Source: Eledone cirrhosa
Lineage: Eukaryota
Direction of reading: 5' to 3'
Length of the DNA: 64,000 nucleotides
NCBI GenBank assembly: GCA_964016885.1
Contig: OZ024743.1
Location: 160,704,001-160,768,000 of the forward strand
The notes beneath the pieces are model-generated. The model had not been told where the DNA came from and made no database searches. It was given only the letters and a program-made list of their open reading frames with translations. Shown piece by piece: positions 36,250 to 48,077 of the stretch. Numbering within the stretch: position 1 is the first letter of the stretch; the number at the start of each line of letters is the position of its first letter. Both the position numbers and the translations under genes were made by a program.

Positions 36250-38004
36250 ATGAAGACATGGAAAACGACACTCCTTTTCTATAGTGAAACAAAATCACTG
36301 GAAGCTGGAGAAGTTAATATTAATTGTGAAATTTTTCAGGGTGACTCTTTATCACCGCTTTTATTCTGCATCGCACTTATACCATTAAGTAAAATGCTCA
36401 ATGAAACAAAACATGGATATAAAGTCTATGACAAAACCATTAATCACCTGTTCTACATGGATGACCTGAAACTATTTGCAAAAAATGATGAACAATTGGA
36501 AGGGCTATTATCCACTGTGGAGCAGTTCAGTGATGACATTAAATTGGAGTTTGAACTAGATAAATGCGCCAAAGCAACGTTCACCAGAGGAAAGATGCTG
36601 AAGAATTCAGACATTAATCTTGATCGGGGGAACGTGATAAGAGAACTTGATCAAGAAAAAACTTACAAATATCTAGGTGTTTGTGAAGGAGATGGAATCA
36701 AGCACTCGACAATGAGGGAAAGGATAAGGAAGGAATGTTACCGCAGAGTAAGAGCAATCTTAAGAACGGAATTGAATGCAAGGAATAGGATCGATGCCAT
36801 AAACACCCTTGCCATACCAGTAGTAACCTACAGTTACAATGTCATCAACTGGTCAAGCACAGAGATCCGTAGGCTCGATACAAAAATTCGAAAATTCTTA
36901 ACCATGCACAGAATGCATCACTCTAAGGCAGATATAGATAGAATATATCTCCCTAGGAAAGAAGGAGGACGTGGGTTAATCCAGTTAGAAATTGCGTTGA
37001 AAACTGCAACAATTGGATTATCTACATATCTAAGGGAATCACATGTATGGATGATCAAACTCGTTTTGAAACACGAAAGCATCAAAAGATCATATTCCAT
37101 TACAAAAGATGCACAAAGATACAGTAATGGACTACAAATTTCAGAAGTCCCATTTACTGTTGAAATGGAAAACACAGAAAAAGCAAAGCAGGTAAAAGTA
37201 ACTGCAAAGAAAGAACTGCTACAGAAACTGGCTAAGAAATGGCAAGAAAAGCCTCTGTATGGAAAATACCCAGAGCGAGCTAACAATCCTGATGTTGACA
37301 AAACTTTAACCCATCCGTGGTTGGCATCCTCTGGACTGAAATCGGAGACTGAAGGACTGATTATATCAGCACGAGATCAGTGTCTGCCAACAAAAAATTA
37401 CCAAGCCAACATAATAAAAAATGGATGCAGCCCATTATGCCGCGTATGCAAAAAACAACCAGAGACCATTGACCATATAATTTCAATGTGCAGTCCTATA
37501 GCTCTAACCGAATACCTAAACAGGCATGACAGAGCTGCACAATACATACATTGGATAATGTGTAAGCATTTTGACCTGCCCCATCAAAAGAATTGGTGGG
37601 AACATCAACCACCTCCCATACTTGAAAAAGATCACATCTCAATCTTGTGGAACTTTAGCATCCAAACAAACCGAAAAATAAATGCAAATAGACCTGATAT
37701 AATATTGAAGGACTTTAAAAATAGGGTATGCCTGCTAATTGATATGTCTGTTCCAATAGACAAGAATGTATCTATAAAAACATTCGAAAAATTGAGCAAG
37801 TATAAGGACCTGGAAATAGAAATTGGAAAAATGTGGAAATTGAGAACTAAAACAATACCAGTGGTTGTAGGCGCTCTGGGAATGATACCTAAGGGGTCTA
37901 ATGATTACTTATCGCAAATCCCAGGAAACCCGCGTATAGGAGAAATACAAAAGATAGTACTAATGGGAACTGCCCATATACTAAGGAAGATTCTGTCAAT
38001 ATAA
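36250..38004 (+). CDS. Family B truncated ORF, unit 2
   Basis: 584 aa, near-identical. Confidence 0.55.
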   Translation: MKTWKTTLLFYSETKSLEAGEVNINCEIFQGDSLSPLLFCIALIPLSKMLNETKHGYKVYDKTINHLFYMDDLKLFAKNDEQLEGLLSTVEQFSDDIKLEFELDKCAKATFTRGKMLKNSDINLDRGNVIRELDQEKTYKYLGVCEGDGIKHSTMRERIRKECYRRVRAILRTELNARNRIDAINTLAIPVVTYSYNVINWSSTEIRRLDTKIRKFLTMHRMHHSKADIDRIYLPRKEGGRGLIQLEIALKTATIGLSTYLRESHVWMIKLVLKHESIKRSYSITKDAQRYSNGLQISEVPFTVEMENTEKAKQVKVTAKKELLQKLAKKWQEKPLYGKYPERANNPDVDKTLTHPWLASSGLKSETEGLIISARDQCLPTKNYQANIIKNGCSPLCRVCKKQPETIDHIISMCSPIALTEYLNRHDRAAQYIHWIMCKHFDLPHQKNWWEHQPPPILEKDHISILWNFSIQTNRKINANRPDIILKDFKNRVCLLIDMSVPIDKNVSIKTFEKLSKYKDLEIEIGKMWKLRTKTIPVVVGALGMIPKGSNDYLSQIPGNPRIGEIQKIVLMGTAHILRKILSI

Positions 38005-38263
38005 GTACATCACAAGTCTAAACACTAAAGATGCATGTGTGAGTATGTATGTTCTTTCTTGAACATGGCGGACCTTGTTGTCTCTTGAGGTCACTGGTTG
38101 TGACTTGGTGATAACTCGTATGAACATAAAGCAAGATAAATGCAACTGTAATAATAATAATAATAATAAAAAAGCATTCGATAGTTTGCCACACAGTTGG
38201 ATTGAAAAATGTTTAGAGATTTTCAAAATATCCCCCGTTGTCAGGAGGTTTTAGTCGTTCAGT

Positions 38264-40018
38264 ATGAAGACATGGAAAACGACACTCCTTTTCTATAGTG
38301 AAACAAAATCACTGGAAGCTGGAGAAGTTAATATTAATTGTGAAATTTTTCAGGGTGACTCTTTATCACCGCTTTTATTCTGCATCGCACTTATACCATT
38401 AAGTAAAATGCTCAATGAAACAAAACATGGATATAAAGTCTATGACAAAACCATTAATCACCTGTTCTACATGGATGACCTGAAACTATTTGCAAAAAAT
38501 GATGAACAATTGGAAGGGCTATTATCCACTGTGGAGCAGTTCAGTGATGACATTAAATTGGAGTGTGAACTAGATAAATGCGCCAAAGCAACGTTCACCA
38601 GAGGAAAGATGCTGAAGAATTCAGACATTAATCTTGATCGGGGGAACGTGATAAGAGAACTTGATCAAGAAAAAACTTACAAATATCTAGGTGTTTGTGA
38701 AGGAGATGGAATCAAGCACTCGACAATGAGGGAAAGGATAAGGAAGGAATGTTACCGCAGAGTAAGAGCAATCTTAAGAACGGAATTGAATGCAAGGAAT
38801 AGGATCGATGCCATAAACACCCTTGCCATACCAGTAGTAACCTACAGTTACAATGTCATCAACTGGTCAAGCACAGAGATCCGTAGGCTCGATACAAAAA
38901 TTCGAAAATTCTTAACCATGCACAGAATGCATCACTCTAAGGCAGATATAGATAGAATATATCTCCCTAGGAAAGAAGGAGGACGTGGGTTAATCCAGTT
39001 AGAAATTGCGTTGAAAACTGCAACAATTGGATTATCTACATATCTAAGGGAATCACATGTATGGATGATCAAACTCGTTTTGAAACACGAAAGCATCAAA
39101 AGATCATATTCCATTACAAAAGATGCACAAAGATACAGTAATGGACTACAAATTTCAGAAGTCCCATTTACTGTTGAAATGGAAAACACAGAAAAAGCAA
39201 AGCAGGTAAAAGTAACTGCAAAGAAAGAACTGCTACAGAAACTGGCTAAGAAATGGCAAGAAAAGCCTCTGTATGGAAAATACCCAGAGCGAGCTAATAA
39301 TCCTGATGTTGACAAAACTTTAACCCATCCGTGGTTGGCATCCTCTGGACTGAAATCGGAGACTGAAGGACTGATTATATCAGCACGAGATCAGTGTCTG
39401 CCAACAAAAAATTACCAAGCCAACATAATAAAAAATGGATGCAGCCCATTATGCCGCGTATGTAAAAAACAACCAGAGACCATTGACCATATAATTTCAA
39501 TGTGCAGTCCTATAGCTCTAACCGAATACCTAAACAGGCATGACAGAGCTGCACAATACATACATTGGATAATGTGTAAGCATTTTGACCTGCCCCATCA
39601 AAAGAATTGGTGGGAACATCAACCACCTCCCATACTTGAAAAAGATCACATCTCAATCTTGTGGAACTTTAGCATCCAAACAAACCGAAAAATAAATGCA
39701 AATAGACCTGATATAATATTGAAGGACTTTAAAAATAGGGTATGCCTGCTAATTGATATGTCTGTTCCAATAGAAAAGAATGTATCTATAAAAACATTCG
39801 AAAAATTGAGCAAGTATAAGGACCTGGAAATAGAAATTGGAAAAATGTGGAAATTGAGAACTAAAACAATACCAGTGGTTGTAGGCGCTCTGGGAATGAT
39901 ACCTAAGGGGTCTAATGATTACTTATCGCAAATCCCAGGAAACCCGCGTATAGGAGAAATACAAAAGATAGTACTAATGGGAACTGCCCATATACTAAGG
40001 AAGATTCTGTCAATATAA
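38264..40018 (+). CDS. Family B truncated ORF, unit 3
   Basis: 584 aa, near-identical. Confidence 0.55.
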   Translation: MKTWKTTLLFYSETKSLEAGEVNINCEIFQGDSLSPLLFCIALIPLSKMLNETKHGYKVYDKTINHLFYMDDLKLFAKNDEQLEGLLSTVEQFSDDIKLECELDKCAKATFTRGKMLKNSDINLDRGNVIRELDQEKTYKYLGVCEGDGIKHSTMRERIRKECYRRVRAILRTELNARNRIDAINTLAIPVVTYSYNVINWSSTEIRRLDTKIRKFLTMHRMHHSKADIDRIYLPRKEGGRGLIQLEIALKTATIGLSTYLRESHVWMIKLVLKHESIKRSYSITKDAQRYSNGLQISEVPFTVEMENTEKAKQVKVTAKKELLQKLAKKWQEKPLYGKYPERANNPDVDKTLTHPWLASSGLKSETEGLIISARDQCLPTKNYQANIIKNGCSPLCRVCKKQPETIDHIISMCSPIALTEYLNRHDRAAQYIHWIMCKHFDLPHQKNWWEHQPPPILEKDHISILWNFSIQTNRKINANRPDIILKDFKNRVCLLIDMSVPIEKNVSIKTFEKLSKYKDLEIEIGKMWKLRTKTIPVVVGALGMIPKGSNDYLSQIPGNPRIGEIQKIVLMGTAHILRKILSI

Positions 40019-40277
40019 GTACATCACAAGTCTAAACACTAAAGATGCATGTGTGAGTATGTATGTTCTTTCTTGAACATGGCGGACCTTGTTGTCTCTT
40101 GAGGTCACTGGTTGTGACTTGGTGATAACTCGTATGAACATAAAGCAAGATAAATGCAACTGTAATAATAATAATAATAATAAAAAAGCATTCGATAGTT
40201 TGCCACACAGTTGGATTGAAAAATGTTTAGAGATTTTCAAAATATCCCCCGTTGTCAGGAGGTTTTAGTCGTTCAGT

Positions 40278-42032
40278 ATGAAGACATGGAAAACGACACT
40301 CCTTTTCTATAGTGAAACAAAATCACTGGAAGCTGGAGAAGTTAATATTAATTGTGAAATTTTTCAGGGTGACTCTTTATCACCGCTTTTATTCTGCATC
40401 GCACTTATACCATTAAGTAAAATGCTCAATGAAACAAAACATGGATATAAAGTCTATGACAAAACCATTAATCACCTGTTCTACATGGATGACCTGAAAC
40501 TATTTGCAAAAAATGATGAACAATTGGAAGGGCTATTATCCACTGTGGAGCAGTTCAGTGATGACATTAAATTGGAGTGTGAACTAGATAAATGCGCCAA
40601 AGCAACGTTCACCAGAGGAAAGATGCTGAAGAATTCAGACATTAATCTTGATCGGGGGAACGTGATAAGAGAACTTGATCAAGAAAAAACTTACAAATAT
40701 CTAGGTGTTTGTGAAGGAGATGGAATCAAGCACTCGACAATGAGGGAAAGGATAAGGAAGGAATGTTACCGCAGAGTAAGAGCAATCTTAAGAACGGAAT
40801 TGAATGCAAGGAATAGGATCGATGCCATAAACACGCTTGCCATACCAGTAGTAACCTACAGTTACAATGTCATCAACTGGTCAAGCACAGAGATCCGTAG
40901 GCTCGATACAAAAATTCGAAAATTCTTAACCATGCACAGAATGCATCACTCTAAGGCAGATATAGATAGAATATATCTCCCTAGGAAAGAAGGAGGACGT
41001 GGGTTAATCCAGTTAGAAATTGCGTTGAAAACTGCAACAATTGGATTATCTACATATCTAAGGGAATCACATGTATGGATGATCAAACTCGTTTTGAAAC
41101 ACGAAAGCATCAAAAGATCATATTCCATTACAAAAGATGCACAAAGATACAGTAATGGACTACAAATTTCAGAAGTCCCATTTACTGTTGAAATGGAAAA
41201 CACAGAAAAAGCAAAGCAGGTAAAAGAAACTGCAAAGAAAGAACTGCTACAGAAACTGGCTAAGAAATGGCAAGAAAAGCCTCTGTATGGAAAATACCCA
41301 GAGCGAGCTAACAATCCTGATGTTGACAAAACTTTAACCCATCCGTGGTTGGCATCCTCTGGACTGAAATCGGAGACTGAAGGACTGATTATATCAGCAC
41401 GAGATCAGTGTCTGCCAACAAAAAATTACCAAGCCAACATAATAAAAAATGGATGCAGCCCATTATGCCGTGTATGCAAAAAACAACCAGAGACCATTGA
41501 CCATATAATTTCAATGTGCAGTCCTATAGCTCTAACCGAATACCTAAACAGGCATGACAGAGCTGCACAATACATACATTGGATAATGTGTAAGCATTTT
41601 GACCTGCCCCATCAAAAGAATTGGTGGGAACATCAACCACCTCCCATACTTGAAAAAGATCACATCTCAATCTTGTGGAACTTTAGCATCCAAACAAACC
41701 GAAAAATAAATGCAAATAGACCTGATATAATATTGAAGGACTTTAAAAATAGGGTATGCCTGCTAATTGATATGTCTGTTCCAATAGACAAGAATGTATC
41801 TATAAAAACATTCGAAAAATTGAGCAAGTATAAGGACCTGGAAATAGAAATTGGAAAAATGTGGAAATTGAGAACTAAAACAATACCAGTGGTTGTAGGC
41901 GCTCTGGGAATGATACCTAAGGGGTCTAATGATTACTTATCGCAAATCCCAGGAAACCCGCGTATAGGAGAAATACAAAAGATAGTACTAATGGGAACTG
42001 CCCATATACTAAGGAAGATTCTGTCAATATAA
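40278..42032 (+). CDS. Family B truncated ORF, unit 4
   Basis: 584 aa, same protein as unit 1. Confidence 0.55.
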   Translation: MKTWKTTLLFYSETKSLEAGEVNINCEIFQGDSLSPLLFCIALIPLSKMLNETKHGYKVYDKTINHLFYMDDLKLFAKNDEQLEGLLSTVEQFSDDIKLECELDKCAKATFTRGKMLKNSDINLDRGNVIRELDQEKTYKYLGVCEGDGIKHSTMRERIRKECYRRVRAILRTELNARNRIDAINTLAIPVVTYSYNVINWSSTEIRRLDTKIRKFLTMHRMHHSKADIDRIYLPRKEGGRGLIQLEIALKTATIGLSTYLRESHVWMIKLVLKHESIKRSYSITKDAQRYSNGLQISEVPFTVEMENTEKAKQVKETAKKELLQKLAKKWQEKPLYGKYPERANNPDVDKTLTHPWLASSGLKSETEGLIISARDQCLPTKNYQANIIKNGCSPLCRVCKKQPETIDHIISMCSPIALTEYLNRHDRAAQYIHWIMCKHFDLPHQKNWWEHQPPPILEKDHISILWNFSIQTNRKINANRPDIILKDFKNRVCLLIDMSVPIDKNVSIKTFEKLSKYKDLEIEIGKMWKLRTKTIPVVVGALGMIPKGSNDYLSQIPGNPRIGEIQKIVLMGTAHILRKILSI

Positions 42033-42291
42033 GTACATCACAAGTCTAAACACTAAAGATGCATGTGTGAGTATGTATGTTCTTTCTTGAACATGGCGGA
42101 CCTTGTTGTCTCTTGAGGTCACTGGTTGTGACTTGGTGATAACTCGTATGAACATAAAGCAAGATAAATGCAACTGTAATAATAATAATAATAATAAAAA
42201 AGCATTCGATAGTTTGCCACACAGTTGGATTGAAAAATGTTTAGAGATTTTCAAAATATCCCCCGTTGTCAGGAGGTTTTAGTCGTTCAGT

Positions 42292-44046
42292 ATGAAGACA
42301 TGGAAAACGACACTCCTTTTCTATAGTGAAACAAAATCACTGGAAGCTGGAGAAGTTAATATTAATTGTGAAATTTTTCAGGGTGACTCTTTATCACCGC
42401 TTTTATTCTGCATCGCACTTATACCATTAAGTAAAATGCTCAATGAAACAAAACATGGATATAAAGTCTATGACAAAACCATTAATCACCTGTTCTACAT
42501 GGATGACCTGAAACTATTTGCAAAAAATGATGAACAATTGGAAGGGCTATTATCCACTGTGGAGCAGTTCAGTGATGACATTAAATTGGAGTTTGAACTA
42601 GATAAATGCGCCAAAGCAACGTTCACCAGAGGAAAGATGCTGAAGAATTCAGACATTAATCTTGATCGGGGGAACGTGATAAGAGAACTTGATCAAGAAA
42701 AAACTTACAAATATCTAGGTGTTTGTGAAGGAGATGGAATCAAGCACTCGACAATGAGGGAAAGGATAAGGAAGGAATGTTACCGCAGAGTAAGAGCAAT
42801 CTTAAGAACGGAATTGAATGCAAGGAATAGGATCGATGCCATAAACACCCTTGCCATACCAGTAGTAACCTACAGTTACAATGTCATCAACTGGTCAAGC
42901 ACAGAGATCCGTAGGCTCGATACAAAAATTCGAAAATTCTTAACCATGCACAGAATGCATCACTCTAAGGCAGATATAGATAGAATATATCTCCCTAGGA
43001 AAGAAGGAGGACGTGGGTTAATCCAGTTAGAAATTGCGTTGAAAACTGCAACAATTGGATTATCTACATATCTAAGGGAATCACATGTATGGATGATCAA
43101 ACTCGTTTTGAAACACGAAAGCATCAAAAGATCATATTCCATTACAAAAGATGCACAAAGATACAGTAATGGACTACAAATTTCAGAAGTCCCATTTACT
43201 GTTGAAATGGAAAACACAGAAAAAGCAAAGCAGGTAAAAGTAACTGCAAAGAAAGAACTGCTACAGAAACTGGCTAAGAAATGGCAAGAAAAGCCTCTGT
43301 ATGGAAAATACCCAGAGCGAGCTAACAATCCTGATGTTGACAAAACTTTAACCCATCCGTGGTTGGCATCCTCTGGACTGAAATCGGAGACTGAAGGACT
43401 GATTATATCAGCACGAGATCAGTGTCTGCCAACAAAAAATTACCAAGCCAACATAATAAAAAATGGATGCAGCCCATTATGCCGCGTATGCAAAAAACAA
43501 CCAGAGACCATTGACCATATAATTTCAATGTGCAGTCCTATAGCTCTAACCGAATACCTAAACAGGCATGACAGAGCTGCACAATACATACATTGGATAA
43601 TGTGTAAGCATTTTGACCTGCCCCATCAAAAGAATTGGTGGGAACATCAACCACCTCCCATACTTGAAAAAGATCACATCTCAATCTTGTGGAACTTTAG
43701 CATCCAAACAAACCGAAAAATAAATGCAAATAGACCTGATATAATATTGAAGGACTTTAAAAATAGGGTATGCCTGCTAATTGATATGTCTGTTCCAATA
43801 GACAAGAATGTATCTATAAAAACATTCGAAAAATTGAGCAAGTATAAGGACCTGGAAATAGAAATTGGAAAAATGTGGAAATTGAGAACTAAAACAATAC
43901 CAGTGGTTGTAGGCGCTCTGGGAATGATACCTAAGGGGTCTAATGATTACTTATCGCAAATCCCAGGAAACCCGCGTATAGGAGAAATACAAAAGATAGT
44001 ACTAATGGGAACTGCCCATATACTAAGGAAGATTCTGTCAATATAA
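42292..44046 (+). CDS. Family B truncated ORF, unit 5
   Basis: 584 aa, same protein as unit 2. Confidence 0.55.
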   Translation: MKTWKTTLLFYSETKSLEAGEVNINCEIFQGDSLSPLLFCIALIPLSKMLNETKHGYKVYDKTINHLFYMDDLKLFAKNDEQLEGLLSTVEQFSDDIKLEFELDKCAKATFTRGKMLKNSDINLDRGNVIRELDQEKTYKYLGVCEGDGIKHSTMRERIRKECYRRVRAILRTELNARNRIDAINTLAIPVVTYSYNVINWSSTEIRRLDTKIRKFLTMHRMHHSKADIDRIYLPRKEGGRGLIQLEIALKTATIGLSTYLRESHVWMIKLVLKHESIKRSYSITKDAQRYSNGLQISEVPFTVEMENTEKAKQVKVTAKKELLQKLAKKWQEKPLYGKYPERANNPDVDKTLTHPWLASSGLKSETEGLIISARDQCLPTKNYQANIIKNGCSPLCRVCKKQPETIDHIISMCSPIALTEYLNRHDRAAQYIHWIMCKHFDLPHQKNWWEHQPPPILEKDHISILWNFSIQTNRKINANRPDIILKDFKNRVCLLIDMSVPIDKNVSIKTFEKLSKYKDLEIEIGKMWKLRTKTIPVVVGALGMIPKGSNDYLSQIPGNPRIGEIQKIVLMGTAHILRKILSI

Positions 44047-44305
44047 GTACATCACAAGTCTAAACACTAAAGATGCATGTGTGAGTATGTATGTTCTTTC
44101 TTGAACATGGCGGACCTTGTTGTCTCTTGAGGTCACTGGTTGTGACTTGGTGATAACTCGTATGAACATAAAGCAAGATAAATGCAACTGTAATAATAAT
44201 AATAATAATAAAAAAGCATTCGATAGTTTGCCACACAGTTGGATTGAAAAATGTTTAGAGATTTTCAAAATATCCCCCGTTGTCAGGAGGTTTTAGTCGT
44301 TCAGT

Positions 44306-46060
44306 ATGAAGACATGGAAAACGACACTCCTTTTCTATAGTGAAACAAAATCACTGGAAGCTGGAGAAGTTAATATTAATTGTGAAATTTTTCAGGGTGA
44401 CTCTTTATCACCGCTTTTATTCTGCATCGCACTTATACCATTAAGTAAAATGCTCAATGAAACAAAACATGGATATAAAGTCTATGACAAAACCATTAAT
44501 CACCTGTTCTACATGGATGACCTGAAACTATTTGCAAAAAATGATGAACAATTGGAAGGGCTATTATCCACTGTGGAGCAGTTCAGTGATGACATTAAAT
44601 TGGAGTTTGAACTAGATAAATGCGCCAAAGCAACGTTCACCAGAGGAAAGATGCTGAAGAATTCAGACATTAATCTTGATCGGGGGAACGTGATAAGAGA
44701 ACTTGATCAAGAAAAAACTTACAAATATCTAGGTGTTTGTGAAGGAGATGGAATCAAGCACTCGACAATGAGGGAAAGGATAAGGAAGGAATGTTACCGC
44801 AGAGTAAGAGCAATCTTAAGAACGGAATTGAATGCAAGGAATAGAATCGATGCCATAAACACGCTTGCCATACCAGTAGTAACCTACAGTTACAATGTCA
44901 TCAACTGGTCAAGCACAGAGATCCGTAGGCTCGATACAAAAATTCGAAAATTCTTAACCATGCACAGAATGCATCACTCTAAGGCAGATATAGATAGAAT
45001 ATATCTCCCTAGGAAAGAAGGAGGACGTGGGTTAATCCAGTTAGAAATTGCGTTGAAAACTGCAACAATTGGATTATCTACATATCTAAGGGAATCACAT
45101 GTATGGATGATCAAACTCGTTTTGAAACACGAAAGCATCAAAAGATCATATTCCATTACAAAAGATGCACAAAGATACAGTAATGGACTACAAATTTCAG
45201 AAGTCCCATTTACTGTTGAAATGGAAAACACAGAAAAAGCAAAGCAGGTAAAAGTAACTGCAAAGAAAGAACTGCTACAGAAACTGGCTAAGAAATGGCA
45301 AGAAAAGCCTCTGTATGGAAAATACCCAGAGCGAGCTAACAATCCTGATGTTGACAAAACTTTAACCCATCCGTGGTTGGCATCCTCTGGACTGAAATCG
45401 GAGACTGAAGGACTGATTATATCAGCACGAGATCAGTGTCTGCCAACAAAAAATTACCAAGCCAACATAATAAAAAATGGATGCAGCCCATTATGCCGTG
45501 TATGCAAAAAACAACCAGAGACCATTGACCATATAATTTCAATGTGCAGTCCTATAGCTCTAACCGAATACCTAAACAGGCATGACAGAGCTGCACAATA
45601 CATACATTGGATAATGTGTAAGCATTTTGACCTGCCCCATCAAAAGAATTGGTGGGAACATCAACCACCTCCCATACTTGAAAAAGATCACATCTCAATC
45701 TTGTGGAACTTTAGCATCCAAACAAACCGAAAAATAAATGCAAATAGACCTGATATAATATTGAAGGACTTTAAAAATAGGGTATGCCTGCTAATTGATA
45801 TGTCTGTTCCAATAGACAAGAATGTATCTATAAAAACATTCGAAAAATTGAGCAAGTATAAGGACCTGGAAATAGAAATTGGAAAAATGTGGAAATTGAG
45901 AACTAAAACAATACCAGTGGTTGTAGGCGCTCTGGGAATGATACCTAAGGGGTCTAATGATTACTTATCGCAAATCCCAGGAAACCCGCGTATAGGAGAA
46001 ATACAAAAGATAGTACTAATGGGAACTGCCCATATACTAAGGAAGATTCTGTCAATATAA
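44306..46060 (+). CDS. Family B truncated ORF, unit 6
   Basis: 584 aa, near-identical. Confidence 0.55.
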   Translation: MKTWKTTLLFYSETKSLEAGEVNINCEIFQGDSLSPLLFCIALIPLSKMLNETKHGYKVYDKTINHLFYMDDLKLFAKNDEQLEGLLSTVEQFSDDIKLEFELDKCAKATFTRGKMLKNSDINLDRGNVIRELDQEKTYKYLGVCEGDGIKHSTMRERIRKECYRRVRAILRTELNARNRIDAINTLAIPVVTYSYNVINWSSTEIRRLDTKIRKFLTMHRMHHSKADIDRIYLPRKEGGRGLIQLEIALKTATIGLSTYLRESHVWMIKLVLKHESIKRSYSITKDAQRYSNGLQISEVPFTVEMENTEKAKQVKVTAKKELLQKLAKKWQEKPLYGKYPERANNPDVDKTLTHPWLASSGLKSETEGLIISARDQCLPTKNYQANIIKNGCSPLCRVCKKQPETIDHIISMCSPIALTEYLNRHDRAAQYIHWIMCKHFDLPHQKNWWEHQPPPILEKDHISILWNFSIQTNRKINANRPDIILKDFKNRVCLLIDMSVPIDKNVSIKTFEKLSKYKDLEIEIGKMWKLRTKTIPVVVGALGMIPKGSNDYLSQIPGNPRIGEIQKIVLMGTAHILRKILSI

Positions 46061-46322
46061 GTACATCACAAGTCTAAACACTAAAGATGCATGTGTGAGT
46101 ATGTATGTTCTTTCTTGAACATGGCGGACCTTGTTGTCTCTTGAGGTCACTGGTTGTGACTTGGTGATAACTCGTATGAACATAAAGCAAGATAAATGCA
46201 ACTGTAATAATAATAATAATAATAATAAAAAAGCATTCGATAGTTTGCCACACAGTTGGATTGAAAAATGTTTAGAGATTTTCAAAATATCCCCCGTTGT
46301 CAGGAGGTTTTAGTCGTTCAGT

Positions 46323-48077
46323 ATGAAGACATGGAAAACGACACTCCTTTTCTATAGTGAAACAAAATCACTGGAAGCTGGAGAAGTTAATATTAATTGT
46401 GAAATTTTTCAGGGTGACTCTTTATCACCGCTTTTATTCTGCATCGCACTTATACCATTAAGTAAAATGCTCAATGAAACAAAACATGGATATAAAGTCT
46501 ATGACAAAACCATTAATCACCTGTTCTACATGGATGACCTGAAACTATTTGCGAAAAATGATGAACAATTGGAAGGGCTATTATCCACTGTGGAGCAGTT
46601 CAGTGATGACATTAAATTGGAGTTTGAACTAGATAAATGCGCCAAAGCAACGTTCACCAGAGGAAAGATGCTGAAGAATTCAGACATTAATCTTGATCGG
46701 GGGAACGTGATAAGAGAACTTGATCAAGAAAAAACTTACAAATATCTAGGTGTTTGTGAAGGAGATGGAATCAAGCACTCGACAATGAGGGAAAGGATAA
46801 GGAAGGAATGTTACCGCAGAGTAAGAGCAATCTTAAGAACGGAATTGAATGCAAGGAATAGGATCGATGCCATAAACACGCTTGCCATACCAGTAGTAAC
46901 CTACAGTTACAATGTCATCAACTGGTCAAGCACAGAGATCCGTAGGCTCGATACAAAAATTCGAAAATTCTTAACCATGCACAGAATGCATCACTCTAAG
47001 GCAGATATAGATAGAATATATCTCCCTAGGAAAGAAGGAGGACGTGGGTTAATCCAGTTAGAAATTGCGTTGAAAACTGCAACAATTGGATTATCTACAT
47101 ATCTAAGGGAATCACATGTATGGATGATCAAACTCGTTTTGAAACACGAAAGCATCAAAAGATCATATTCCATTACAAAAGATGCACAAAGATACAGTAA
47201 TGGACTACAAATTTCAGAAGTCCCATTTACTGTTGAAATGGAAAACACAGAAAAAGCAAAGCAGGTAAAAGTAACTGCAAAGAAAGAACTGCTACAGAAA
47301 CTGGCTAAGAAATGGCAAGAAAAGCCTCTGTATGGAAAATACCCAGAGCGAGCTAACAATCCTGATGTTGACAAAACTTTAACCCATCCGTGGTTGGCAT
47401 CCTCTGGACTGAAATCGGAGACTGAAGGACTGATTATATCAGCACGAGATCAGTGTCTGCCAACAAAAAATTACCAAGCCAACATAATAAAAAATGGATG
47501 CAGCCCATTATGCCGCGTATGCAAAAAACAACCAGAGACCATTGACCATATAATTTCAATGTGCAGTCCTATAGCTCTAACCGAATACCTAAACAGGCAT
47601 GACAGAGCTGCACAATACATACATTGGATAATGTGTAAGCATTTTGACCTGCCCCATCAAAAGAATTGGTGGGAACATCAACCACCTCCCATACTTGAAA
47701 AAGATCAGATCTCAATCTTGTGGAACTTTAGCATCCAAACAGACCGAAAAATAGATGCAAACAGACCTGATATAATATTGAAGGACTTTAAAAATAGGGT
47801 ATGGCTGCTAATTGATATGTCCGTTCCAATAGACAAGAATGTATCTATAAAAACATTCGAAAAATTGAGCAAGTATAAGGACCTGGAAATAGAAATTGGA
47901 AAAATGTGGAAATTGAGAACTAAAACAATACCTGTGGTTGTAGGCGCTCTGGGAATGATACCTAAGGGGTCTAATGATTACTTATCGCAAATCCCAGGAA
48001 ACCCGCGTATAGGAGAAATACAAAAGATAGTACTAATGGGAACTGCCCATATACTAAGGAAGATTCTGTCAATATAA
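46323..48077 (+). CDS. Family B truncated ORF, unit 7
   Basis: 584 aa; private variants near the C-terminus. Confidence 0.55.
   Translation: MKTWKTTLLFYSETKSLEAGEVNINCEIFQGDSLSPLLFCIALIPLSKMLNETKHGYKVYDKTINHLFYMDDLKLFAKNDEQLEGLLSTVEQFSDDIKLEFELDKCAKATFTRGKMLKNSDINLDRGNVIRELDQEKTYKYLGVCEGDGIKHSTMRERIRKECYRRVRAILRTELNARNRIDAINTLAIPVVTYSYNVINWSSTEIRRLDTKIRKFLTMHRMHHSKADIDRIYLPRKEGGRGLIQLEIALKTATIGLSTYLRESHVWMIKLVLKHESIKRSYSITKDAQRYSNGLQISEVPFTVEMENTEKAKQVKVTAKKELLQKLAKKWQEKPLYGKYPERANNPDVDKTLTHPWLASSGLKSETEGLIISARDQCLPTKNYQANIIKNGCSPLCRVCKKQPETIDHIISMCSPIALTEYLNRHDRAAQYIHWIMCKHFDLPHQKNWWEHQPPPILEKDQISILWNFSIQTDRKIDANRPDIILKDFKNRVWLLIDMSVPIDKNVSIKTFEKLSKYKDLEIEIGKMWKLRTKTIPVVVGALGMIPKGSNDYLSQIPGNPRIGEIQKIVLMGTAHILRKILSI

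Noticed and set aside
11442-47374. Recurrent antisense ORFs (65, 100, 108, 127, 76 aa)
   Set aside because: Shadow frames that recur only because the units are duplicated
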